Below are positions 17,901 through 34,102 of a stretch of 64,000 nucleotides of DNA, piece by piece (positions within the stretch are counted from its first letter, which is position 1; each line of letters starts with the position of its first letter). Source of the stretch: Eledone cirrhosa (lineage: Eukaryota); the NCBI GenBank assembly GCA_964016885.1, contig CAXHJY010001589.1:6862-70861 (forward strand). Reading direction: 5' to 3'. The position numbers and the translations under genes were made by a program. A model generated the notes under the pieces. That model worked only from the letters and a program-made list of their open reading frames with translations. It was not told the origin of the DNA and made no database searches.

Positions 17901-18622
17901 GTATGGCATAAATTCAGGCTGTTCAGTTTGTTTACAAACGAACAAAGCGACGTTAGCGCCGCTAAACTGATACGTGCATATATGTATGTGTACCTGTATG
18001 CATATGTATGTATATATGTATATATATATATATATGTGCATGCTACTGTACGTCTGTATACATATATGTATGTACGTATACATGCATACTTACATTTAAG
18101 TAAGTGCCATACTAAGAGTGAGAAATGAAATTTCGTTTTCATTTTGTTTCAATTTATCGTTTTCGGTATGCCTGACCGATTTAACTCACTCAATATGCAA
18201 ATTAGGCTGCTCAGCCGTTAATTTTCATAAGGAAAGTATATACTTTCGAACGTTCAACTATCTGGCAGATGGGTAAACGGTGCTGATGATAGCTAACAAG
18301 CTTGAAACTAGTACATCGTTCCTGTGTCAGTGTTGAACAAAAAGGTGACGTGGTTGCCTTAACACCGTATGGCATAAATTCAGGCTGTTCAGTTTGTTTA
18401 CAAACGAATAAAGCGACGTTAGCGCCGCTAAACTGATACGTGCATATATGTATGTGTACCTGTATGCATATGTATGTATATATGTATATATATATATATA
18501 TGTGCATGCTACTGTACGTCTGTATACATATATGTATGTACGTATACATGCATACTTACATTTAAGTAAGTGCCATACTAAGAGTGAGAAATGAAATTTC
18601 GTTTTCATTTTGTTTCAATTTA

Positions 18623-18623
<1 letters not shown>
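14935..18623. mobile_element. Retrozyme-like family A: one inverted monomer (14935-15419) fused to ~6.9 tandem 466-bp monomers (15420-18623), each with an HHR
   Basis: Unit starts at 15420, 15886, 16352, 16820, 17286, 17752, 18218; copies essentially identical; no credible ORF; flanked by (TA)n. Confidence 0.88.
15478..15522 (+). ncRNA. Minimal type I hammerhead ribozyme (first of 7 in the array; an eighth lies on the minus strand at ~15175-15219)
   Basis: AACGGTG-CTGATGA-TAGCT-AACA-AGCTT-GAAA-CTAG-TA-CATCGTT; palindromic loop III CTAG; U-U at base of stem II. Confidence 0.85.
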
Positions 18624-20176
<1,553 letters not shown>

Positions 20177-22993
20177 CCAATTGTACTGTTGACACATTCA
20201 AACTCAGTCTGTGACACACTGATAATACATATGAAGCAACTACAGACGGTAATATGTGTCACATATCGGCCGCCCGATGCCCCCAGTCATGAGGGTAAAT
20301 TTGAGGATAGCCTAAGTAGGATAGAATAGGTCCTTGACAAACTGGACCAGGGTCTCAACATCCTACTGTTGGGAGACTTCAACCTACCAAAGGTCAAATG
20401 GCCTGAGGGCCACCTCCTCCCTGGAATGACGTCAATAGAACAGAGACAGACGGAATCCCTGCTGGCCCTCACACACAGGCTGTTCATGGAGCAAGCAATA
20501 CTCCTCCCAACAAGAGGCGAAAATGTCCTGGACCTCTGTTTTACAAACAACGAAGTGCTCATCCACAATGTAAAGGTGACACCAACAATTCTCTCGGATC
20601 ATAACTTGGTAGAGCTAATGATATGTGGTCCAAGAGAACCAACAGAGACAAAACCACCAAGAAGCTCCGGGACGCTATCCAGCCTTAACTTCTACGGGGC
20701 TGACTGGAAGAAGATTAAGAGTAAAATCCGGAAGCAAACATGGAGTGCAAACATCGCCACACGAGACACTAACACACAATTTCAACACTTCATGACAACG
20801 ATACACACCATATGCAAAAAGTGTGTCCCGGAGAAAGAGGCAAACAGACACACAAAAATCTTATTCCCAGAGATAGGAAAATCCTTATGAGACGTAGAAC
20901 TAAACTCTCAAACCAGTTGAATAGTCAACAAAACCAAAACAAGAAGGAATCCTATTTGAAACGTGCACTACTTGACACCGAGATTGCACTCAAGCTTTCA
21001 CATGAGAATGAGAGGGCAAGGAAAGAGAACAGGGCCATAGAAAACATTAAAACAAACCCTAAGGCCTTCTTTAAATTTGCAAAAGAAACTGCCTCAGTAC
21101 ACTGCAAGATTGGACCACTCTTCCACACGGACGGTTCATTAACCGAAAATCCCCAAGAGATATGTGAAATACTGAACGAACAGTACAAAAGTGTCTTCAC
21201 ATGTCCACTGAGGCACATGCAAATAACGAAGCCAGAGGAGTTCTTTGATGCCACAACACTACATCAAGAAATGGCAACCATCAACCACATAGACATAACG
21301 GAGGAGGATGTGGTGTACGCCATTGATGAAATTAGAACAGACTCGGCTGCTGGACCTGATGGATTCCCAGCAGTTCTCCTAAAAATATGTAAGCGGGCCT
21401 TAGCAACTCCACAGAAGATGCTCTTCAGAAGCTCCTTAGCTAGCGGTGTACTACCCAGGGAGCTGAAAGAAGGCACAATATGCCCTATCCATAAAGGAGG
21501 TAGTAGAGCGGAGGCCAAGAACTATAGGCCAGTTTCCCTGACGTCGCATATCAGTAAGGTCATGGAGCGAGTCGTCAGAAAGAAACTAATCACTTTCCTC
21601 GAAGAAAATGACCGTCTGACTAGCACGCAACATGGCTTCCGCCCAGGAAGAAGCTGCCTTACACAGCTGCTACATCACTACGACTGGGTACTGAGACAAC
21701 TACTAGACAGCTCACATGTGGACGTGATATATCTTAACTTTGCGAAGGCCTTTGACAAGGTCGACCACGGAATGATATGTCACACACTACACGGACTCGG
21801 CATAATTGGAAAAGTAGGTGAGTGGCTGCATGGCTTCCTAACGGACAGAAGCCAGGCAGTCGCAGCAAATGGGGCCCTCTCGAAGGAAACACCGATAACA
21901 AGTGGGGTGCCCCAGGGGACAGTCCTGGGACCACTACTGTTTTTGGTGGCTCTCTCGGACATGCCCTCTGTGGTGCATGCAACAACATCTCTCACTAGCT
22001 ATGCTGATGACACTAAGGTAGCACAGGCAATCAAAAACCCGGCTGACGCTGCTCTTTTACAGCAGAATCTGGATGCCATATACAGATGGGCGGAAGAAAA
22101 CAACATGCAGTTTAATGCTGGCAAATTCCAAGCCCTACAATACAAACCTGCAAACACAAACACAAATATAGCGGAACACAGCTACACAGGACCAGGAGGG
22201 ACCGATATCCCCGTGTCAAAATCGATACGAGACCAGGGCATAGACATGAGCGATGATGCATATTTTTCTTCACACATCATGAAGGTGGCGACAGCATGTA
22301 GACGATTCGCTGGCTGGATCTTGAGGACATTTCTTACAAGAGATCGAGACACCATGTTGACACTGTGGAGGACTTTTGTCCTAAGCCGCCTGGACTACTG
22401 CTCCCAGCTGTGGTCACCCCATAGTGTCAAACTAACCACGGAGCTTGAGGCAATCCAGCGAAGCTACACCAAGAGGATTGCCAAGATGAGGGAGACAAGC
22501 TACTGGGAGAGGCTGAGGGAACTGAGCCTCTACTCCTTGGAGCGAAGACGGGAGAGATACGCAGTGATCTACATGTGGAAAATCCTGGAGGGACTAGTAC
22601 CAAACTTTGGCATTGGGAGCTGGACCAACCGTCGAACAGGACGTCACTGTGTGGTGTCAAAGGTCCCGTCTTCCACATCTAGAATAAGGAGCAGGTATTG
22701 CAATAGCCTGGGATTCAAGAGCCCTCAACTCTTCAACAGGCTGCCGAGGCATCTGCGAGACTTGCATGACGTGGAGGTGGATGTCTTTAAGAAACATCTC
22801 GACACCTTGTTATCCAGGATCCCGGATGAGCCCACAGCAAGACACGAGGGAAACCTAAGGGCAGCAGCAACAAACTCCCTCCTACACCAGTGGCCAACCT
22901 ATACAGGCTGGAGATAAAATGTTTAGCAACAAGGGCGGTGCCCCAGCATGGCCTCAGCCGGATGGCTGAAACAGGTAAAAGAGTAAAAGAGTA
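20177..22993 (+). pseudogene. CR1-type LINE family B, 5'-truncated ORF2 (APE-RT) with stop and frameshift
   Basis: YRPP, GDFN, SDH, NYRPVSLTS, GVPQG, YADD, YSLERRRERY; TAG at 20327-20329, frameshift near 20850, YLD>YLN; 3' stem-loop TCAGCC/GGCTGA and GTAAAAGAGTAAAAGAGTA tail into (TA)n. Confidence 0.93.
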
Positions 22994-23144
22994 TGTATAT
23001 ATATGTATATATATATATATGTATATATACAATTAAGTTAAAAAAATACATCTACATACTGAAATACATATGTAACCGGTTTTTAGATTCATACTGGTTT
23101 TTGAGGGAACACCTTCCCTCTATTCTCCAGAAAGCCAGACAAGG

Positions 23145-23189
23145 AATATTGAACTAGTTTCGTTGTTGTTACAACTCATCAGCAATATT
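23145..23189 (-). ncRNA. Minimal type I hammerhead ribozyme
   Basis: AATATTG-CTGATGA-GTTGT-AACA-ACAAC-GAAA-CTAG-TT-CAATATT; canonical core with perfect stems. Confidence 0.92.
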
Positions 23190-23610
23190 TACCTATCTAC
23201 CGGCCTTTCTGGAGAATTGTAAAAGCACATATTGTTATATGCTTTTTCTATGAAAATTAGTAGTGGGCAGACTAATTTGCATAGAGTGTGAGTACGCACC
23301 GGTTCAGCGGAGACGATAAAAACAAATAACGAAACGAAATTAAATTTCGTTTCGTTTGTAACTCACTTTTGTATGACTGACGCTTAAACAATTAAGTTAA
23401 AAAAATACATCTACATATGCATACTGAAATACTAGTGTGTATATGAATACACACACGTATACATATGTATATGTAACAAGTCTTTCACTGGTTGCTTTAC
23501 TGTGAGCACCCAGCTATTCTGTATGTAAACACACAGACAAACCGGTTTTTAGAGTCATACTGGTTTTTGAGGGAACACCTTCCCTCTATTCTCCAGAAAG
23601 CCAGACAAGG

Positions 23611-23655
23611 AATATTGAACTAGTTTCGTTGTTGTTACAACTCATCAGCAATATT
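23611..23655 (-). ncRNA. Minimal type I hammerhead ribozyme
   Basis: Identical to 23145-23189. Confidence 0.92.
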
Positions 23656-24043
23656 TACCTATCTACCGGCCTTTCTGGAGAATTGTAAAAGCACATATAG
23701 TTATATGCTTTTTCTATGAAAATTAGTAGTGGGCAGACTAATTTGCATAGAGTGTGAGTACGCACCGGTTCAGCGGAGACGATAAAAACAAATAACGAAA
23801 CGAAATTAAATTTCGTTTCGTTTGTAACTCACTTTTGTATGACTGACGCTTAAACAATTAAGTTAAAAAAATACATCTACATATGCATACTGAAATACTA
23901 GTGTGTATATGAATACACACACGTATACATATGTATATGTAACAAGTCTTTCACTGGTTGCTTTACTGTGAGCACCCAGCTATTCTGTATGTAAACACAC
24001 AGACAAACCGGTTTTTAGAGTCATACTCGTTTTTGAGTCATAC

Positions 24044-24778
24044 TTGTTATGAGTTGCGATTTAGATTTTTGAATGGGACGGATAGCACGAGGCCCAAGCC
24101 TTGGGTGTATATTGAAGGCGATGCCAACATCATTTGGGCAGTGATGATGGCACATTTTCCACATCATGCAGATAATATAACGCTCACGGCGACGTTGGAG
24201 TGAGTAAAGTTTCAGGTTTTCTAGTCGACCCCAGTATTCAAGGTCTGACATGCCATCTATCTTTTTCGTGATTGCCCTTTGAGGAGCTTCAAGTTTCATG
24301 ATACTTTGTTTCGTGTGGGGAGACCACAGTGGACAACAGTATTCAAGGTGTGGTCGGGCAAAAGTAGAGAAGAGAAGGATAATGGTGTGGGAATCTCTCG
24401 ACTGGAAGGTTCTGAGGATCCAGGAACACATTCTGCGGGCCATGTCAATTTTGCTGCTTATATTCGTGGCCCAGCTGATGTTGCTGTCCACGGTTACTCC
24501 CGAGTCTCTGATGTTGTTAGATGCCACGAGAGTTTCCCCGGAGGGAAGGGAGTACGGGAGTTTCAGAGCACCCACTTTTCCAAAGTGGATCAGTTCGAAT
24601 TTGTCTTCGTTCAGTAACATGTTGTTCTTTTCCGCCCATTGGGTAACAGCCAGTAGGTCTGACTGAAGGCTTATCCGGTCATCCACGCCATTGATGACCT
24701 TTTGGAGATTGGAATCATCAGCGAAATATTTTAATGTTGCTGTGTTTGATGATGTCAGTGATGTCATTAATATAGATG
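24044..24778 (-). mobile_element. CR1-type LINE family A fragment (duplicate of 7200-7934)
   Basis: Shares private changes with 6907-7934 ([10 protein letters not shown] frameshift, IRDSG, SKIDM) and the same 5' junction. Confidence 0.92.
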
Positions 24779-24918
24779 TATATACTTATATATATATGTA
24801 TATACTTATATATACATATATATGTATATACATGTATATACATATATATATATATATATGTATATATATGTATATACATATATATATGTATATACATATA
24901 TATATATATGTATATACT

Positions 24919-24965
<47 letters not shown>

Positions 24966-25244
24966 GTATATACTTATATATACATATATATATATATGTA
25001 TATACATATATATATATGTATATACTTATATATACATATATATATTTATGTATATACATATATACATATATATATATATATGTATATACATATATATATA
25101 TATGTATATACTTATATATATATATATATGTATATACTTATATATACATATATATATATATGTATATACATATATATATATATGTATATATATATATATG
25201 TATATACATATATATACATACATATATATACATATATATACATG

Positions 25245-25331
<87 letters not shown>

Positions 25332-25335
<4 letters not shown>

Positions 25336-26724
25336 CAATGTCCAGTAGTGCTAAGTTTAATATTATGATCGCAGTTTTGGTACGAGTGAAGAAGAATGTG
25401 TCCCGAATGTGCGACCCAACAGAAATGGAAAGACACATCCAACACTTCATCAACCGTATGCAGTTCTCTGGCTACAACCAAAGAGACAGAGTGAGAGTAT
25501 ACGAAGGAGCCATGGAGAAGTATAAGACCCTCATAGAACTGGACATGAAAGGAATTTTCCCATTATACAGAAGCAAATCATGGAATAGCTTAGATAGGGC
25601 TAGACATAAGATAGAGAAAGCCACCGCATGGTACGACAACCAGAGATACCAGAGTGTCATGTTTGTGGACGCTACCCCTGGAGGGAAATTAGCTAACCAG
25701 TGTAGAAAGGCCCTGAGAAAGACCCACTTAAAGATTAAGGTGGTAGAAAAGCCAGGAACCACCATAAAATCCCTGATCAGCAAAACCTACCCTTTTAAGA
25801 AAACCCACTTTACTAATAGGAAATGTATCATATGTAAGGTAAACCCTCGGATTAACTGTAAAACTAGAAACGTAGTCTATAGCATAAGATGTACAGAGGG
25901 TACTTGCAGAAACATGACAACAACATACATAGGCGAGACAGCTCGTAGCATAGGTGAAAGGATAGACCAATACTGGGGGGAACCTAAAGGACGAAAATAC
26001 GGATCAGTACTATACGAACATGCCAGACAACATAACGACGGTAATATAGACAACATAAAAATTAGAATAATATCTAAACATAGAAATGACCCAGCAGACA
26101 GGCAAATCAGAGAGGCCAGTGAAATAGTAATTAGAAGGCCAAGGCAAAACAGAAAGAATGAATGGAATAACAACAACACCCAAACAAACAACACTGACCT
26201 AAGAGAAGTATAAATAAATAAATAAATAAATAAATAGATAAATAAATAAATAATACATACACAAGCAGAATAACAACAAACACATATAAACACACACTAG
26301 TAACGATAGAATACATTAACCAATACACAGTCACCCAATCACGAACACACATCAAACACTATACACACACGCAAACACATGCGCAAAGAAGACAAAATAA
26401 AATGAACAAATAAATAAATATATACATACGGACTAAATAAAGATGGCGTAGAAAATAGAATGTAACGGGAGGAAACAATAGCACCACTGATGATGTTGCA
26501 GATGTGCAACGAAAGAACTTTGATGAACTATATATATGTGTTTGTGTCTATATTGTATCTGTATTATTTTTGACCGTTGGTCAGTCAATGGCAACATTGA
26601 GGACCGAATATATTAGATTACCGATATAAAAGACACAGAAGCGAAAAGCGAAAAGCAACCAAACAATAAGTGTGTTCTGTTACTAATTCTGGCAATATTA
26701 CGAAAATATGACCCTCCCAAGTAT

Positions 26725-26732
<8 letters not shown>
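25332..26732 (+). mobile_element. Naiad-like PLE family N1 fragment (duplicate of 8498-9898); HHR at 26482-26525
   Basis: Near-identical sequence and the same 5' truncation point; ORF runs to 26213. Confidence 0.88.
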
Positions 26733-26822
<90 letters not shown>

Positions 26823-26928
26823 GTGAGGTTTTTTTTACAATTGAAAAATAACCGGTGTCCTACACGAGTGAAAGTATAAAGAAAAAGAGATGAAATCAAA
26901 ATGCAACTGGAGTCTTATTTTTTTAAAA

Positions 26929-29723
<2,795 letters not shown>

Positions 29724-30025
29724 TGGTTATACTTTGGGAGGGTCATGTTTCCAATAAGAAACACACGCACCAGTAGCATTCACTTCAATTTATTATATAT
29801 TTATAAATTTATGAATTTACAAATCTACAAATTTATAAATTTCTGGTTGGTTGGTTGGTTCCACAACCAGATAGTTGTTTATATATAGTCATAGTCCTTG
29901 GTTGTGGAACCAACCAACCAACCAACCAGAAATTTATAAATTTGTAGATTTGTAAATTTATAAATTTATAAATATATAATAAATTGAAGTGAAAGCAACT
30001 GGTGTGTGTGTTTCTTATTGGCAAC

Positions 30026-33000
30026 AGGACCCTCCCAAAGTATAACAATATCCGTTTCAACACACGATTTCAGATAAAGAATCTTACTAAACAAATTCAG
30101 AAACGAAATATCGTAAGCCTTAGCCAGGCTAACAAGATACTGAAAACCACCATGTTCTGTTGTCTACGAAAAAGCATAACATCTCGACAACTATACTTCA
30201 TAAAGCTGTGTTCCTCGTCCAGAATCTACACCAACACCATCAATACTAACGTTAGAAGATTACAACTCACCAAAAAACAAGCAGATAGGCTAAAACGAAC
30301 ATTAATTCTAAACATAAAAAAGAAAATCTATAGAGAATTAAGTCATCAAGAAAAACAAAAGCGTAACCTAATACAAGAAATAGCTAGGATCACCACACCA
30401 AGAGAGAAACTAATATTTATAAGCCTTATACGCCCTGAAGAACAGTACATTACTCAAGAATGTGATAAGCACTTTAAGAGGAAACTAAAGTGGCTTAAAA
30501 AGGCAAAGCTAAATCAGGATACTATAGAGTATACCAATAGATATCCCGACAAAATTGACGGTATCAACATGGCCGACACCTCATTATCAGAAGAGTTCAA
30601 CAACAAAAAACACCAACATATATGGGAACGCAAAAATACATAATGATGAAATGTCTGTGTTATGTTTGCCGCCGAAATTTGAGACATTCAAGAAGGTAAA
30701 TATGATTAGTTGTCTGTCAGAAATAGAAAATTCATTTACAAAACTACGCTGGAGCATCAAAAACAAAAGCAACAATATACGCACACACATATACAACACA
30801 CATCCCAACAACAACAGACACACAGACACAAACAACAATAACAACAACACACACATCAACATCAACAATAACAACATACCCAGAAACAACAACAACAGAC
30901 ACGCAGACACAAACAACAATAACAACACACACAACAACGATAACACACACGGAGACAACAACAACACACATCAACAACAGCACACATCAACAACAACAAC
31001 ACACACGCATTCAATGCCTCTCACCACCACCACAATCTTAACAAACACACAGACACAGAAAACAAGTAATGACAGTAGCACAGAAATCACAGAAATAAGG
31101 GAAAGTAATAGGATTAAAAGGAGAAGGGAGACTAAGGACAAAGAGAATAACCAAGACGAACACACAGACACACAAAATAGGGTAGATAACAACATTGAGC
31201 CAGTGGAAAGAGACAGGAGTAATTATGAGAGACATAGAAACAACCATGATGCTGTTGGTGGAAATAGAAATAGAAACTACACAACTAACAATAACAATAG
31301 CACTAGTACACATAAAGCAGCAGCCTGGAACTCTCCGTTTTATAATCCCTCCGATAAATCATTCGACCTGCGACGAGTCCACGCCACGACTTTACCATTT
31401 AACAAACGCACGCAGTTGCCGTCGCAAGTCGATGAACAAACAGAAGCACAATTTAGTATAGCTAGATCCGAACTTAGAAATATTATAGAACAGTATAGCA
31501 AGAAGCATAATAGAATGGAGGCCCAGCAACTGGGAGAAAAATCTGCAAATGGCTTGCGTAAGCTCATGCAGCGCTCACGTAATGGAGAGATAGCATGCTT
31601 TCCAACAGACAAGTCTGGCAGAATGTCGGTTGACAGCCTGCCAAACTACATCCAGGCAATGCAACCCCACATCACTAACACAAGAGAGGTAACACCACAG
31701 GAGCATGAGGATAGAGAAAAAGCCCTCAATGCCCATATGGTGATGTGGACGAATATAATGCAGCCCAACAAAAGGACTGCCAACAACTTCCAGGCCTAGA
31801 ACAATGACGTGCCGGCGTTGTATGGGCTTCGAAAAGACCATAAAACGGGCTGTGACCCTGTCGCGGGACCACCAGCACGGCCAATCTGTGGAGCTAACAT
31901 TGCTAGTAACTACAGACTGTCCTATTTCCTCTCCCTGATTCATACGCCCCATCATTGAGATGTCCCCAGATGTATGTGACAGCACGGAGGACCTCCTCAG
32001 CGGAATCGGCGTGAGTAACCGATCTGGGGACCTAACAAACTGCATAATAGGCAGTATGGATGTTGTGTCCCTGTATCCATCTATTGACGTGGATTTTGCT
32101 GTGGAGAAATGCGTAGAAATGATCAGCGAGAGCAAGGTTGAGTTCCGTGGGATTGATACCAGTGAGCTGGGACTTCTACTTAAGCTTACCCATAGTAATA
32201 GTTACCTAGACACATATGACCTTAGCAACCTGTGCCCTACAAGACCAGCAAGAGGCAGACCACCTACCATTACCTCAACGGCCAAGAAAACCCACACAGA
32301 AAGATCGAACGGGTGGACCAGAGCCATACGGACACCCGAAAACCACGATGAACTGAAGAAAATGATTGCACATGCGGTAGGGGCCAGCATAAAATTAACC
32401 CTTAAGGAACATATGTTCAAATTTAATGGAAAAACATATGCCCAAGAGGAAGGAGCAGCCATTGGTGTTAGCATTGCAGGCGACATAGCTAACTTATTCA
32501 TGGTATGGTGGGACAGTAGACTTAAACTTAAACTTAAAGAACAATTAGAAGACAGCTTAACCCTGATAATGTACTCCCGCCACGTAGATGATATAAACAT
32601 CGTAATTAAGACACCCCCACTAGAGAACAGTCAGGAACTAGAGAAAAACACAATGGAAAGCATCCAGCAAATAGCAAACTCCATCCACCAGAGCATTAGA
32701 GTTACTATAGACTACCCAAGTAGACATCCCAACCATCGATTACCTGTACTAGACACAGAGCTCTGGTTAGATACGATTAATAACCAAAAACAAATCCTCC
32801 ATTCCCATTATGCCAAACCCATGACTTCCAAACATCTGATCCACCGAAACTCGGCCATTTCGGACCATACCAAAATCAACATACTGATTGCGGATTTGGT
32901 ACGGGTGATGAGAAATGTGTCCCGCATGTGCAACCCCGAAGAACTAGAGAGACACATACAACACTTCATCCACCTCCACCGTATGCAGTTCTCTGGCTAC

Positions 33001-33760
33001 AATCAGAGAGATAGAATCAGAGTGTATAGAGGAGCCAGAACCAAATGGGAAAAAATGGTAAATAATGACATAAATGGGACCTGCCCCTTGTATAGGAGCA
33101 AATTTTGGAATAGAATAGAAAGAACTAGGAACAAGGCCAATAGAATAAACTCATGGTATGATAGCAATAAATACCAGAGTGTAATGTTCATCGATACAAC
33201 CCCTAGAGGCGAACTAGCCTACACATTTAGAAGGGCCCTAAATAAACATAAACTCAATATTAAGATAGTAGAAAGACCAGGTACCTCCGTAAAAACACTT
33301 ATTAGCAAGACATACCCGTTCCAAAGACCCTCATGTATAGATAAGAAATGTATAACCTGTAAAATAAGCCCCCATATTAACTGTAAAACTGGAAATGTAG
33401 TGTATAGCATAAGATGTACTGAAGGACAATGTAGAAACAAAAATATAGTGTACATAGGTGAGACAGCTCGTAGTATAGGGGAACGGATAAATGAACACTG
33501 GCGAGACCTTCAAGATAATAAAGAATCATCTGTACTCTACCAACATGCTAAGATAGAACACAAGGGTAAATTAGAGAACAGAAATAAAAATAGAATCTAC
33601 ACACAGAAAAGACGCAATGTTTAGACAAATTACAGAGGCAATAAACATAAAAGAATTACAACCAAAATTAAATAGAAAATATGAGTGGAACAGCAACATC
33701 ACAAATTACAATAAAGGACAAAATGAAAACACACACACACATAAAACAAACAACCAACCA
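30026..33760 (+). pseudogene. PLE RT-GIY-YIG ORF, unit 1, disrupted
   Basis: Start ATG>AGG, frameshift ~30605, TAG 31797-31799, frameshift ~31941, YVDD>HVDD, frameshift ~33578; motifs [55 protein letters not shown]. Confidence 0.9.
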
Positions 33761-33917
33761 ATAACATGTAAATAAATAAACAAATAGATAAATGAACACA
33801 AACACACAGACACCCGGATGTGGCGCATGCGCAAACTGAGCACACAACACACACACAGAAACAAGATGTCGTAGGACAGAAGAAAGGAAAGGCACAGAAA
33901 CAAAGAAAGGAATCCCC

Positions 33918-33962
33918 AGTCACTGAAGAGGTCACAGAGTGTGTGACGAAAGGACTATGACT
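33918..33962 (+). ncRNA. Minimal type I hammerhead ribozyme (PLE pLTR)
   Basis: AGTCA-CTGAAGA-G-GTCACA-GAGTG-TGTGAC-GAAA-GGAC-TA-TGACT. Confidence 0.82.
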
Positions 33963-34102
33963 ATATATAAACAACTATCTGGTTTTGGAACCAACCAACC
34001 AACCAGAAATTTATAAATTTGTAGATTTGTAAATTTATAAATTTATAAATATATAATAAATTGAAGTGAAAGCAACTGGTGCGTGTGTTTCTTATTGGCA
34101 AC

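Larger units (their letters stand above)
23030..24044 (-). mobile_element. Retrozyme-like family B: ~2.1 tandem 466-bp monomers with HHR on the minus strand
   Basis: ACCGGTTTTTAG at 23075, 23541, 24007 (period 466); HHRs at 23145-23189 and 23611-23655. Confidence 0.88.

Noticed and set aside
15392-18608. Repeated 66-119 aa ORFs in the 466-bp array, and 64-104 aa ORFs in the 593-bp array
   Set aside because: In the 466-bp array they are partly microsatellite-derived and not conserved between families A and B, where conservation follows RNA structure; none has a recognisable domain.
15420-18623. CRISPR-like array or plain satellite
   Set aside because: No unique spacers or cas genes, and the context is eukaryotic. 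The HHR, inverted arm and dispersed relatives argue against a simple satellite.
31797-31799. Selenocysteine recoding in the Naiad-like ORF
   Set aside because: The shared in-frame stop is TAG, not TGA; linker and EN cysteines use normal codons, and I could not identify a SECIS by eye.
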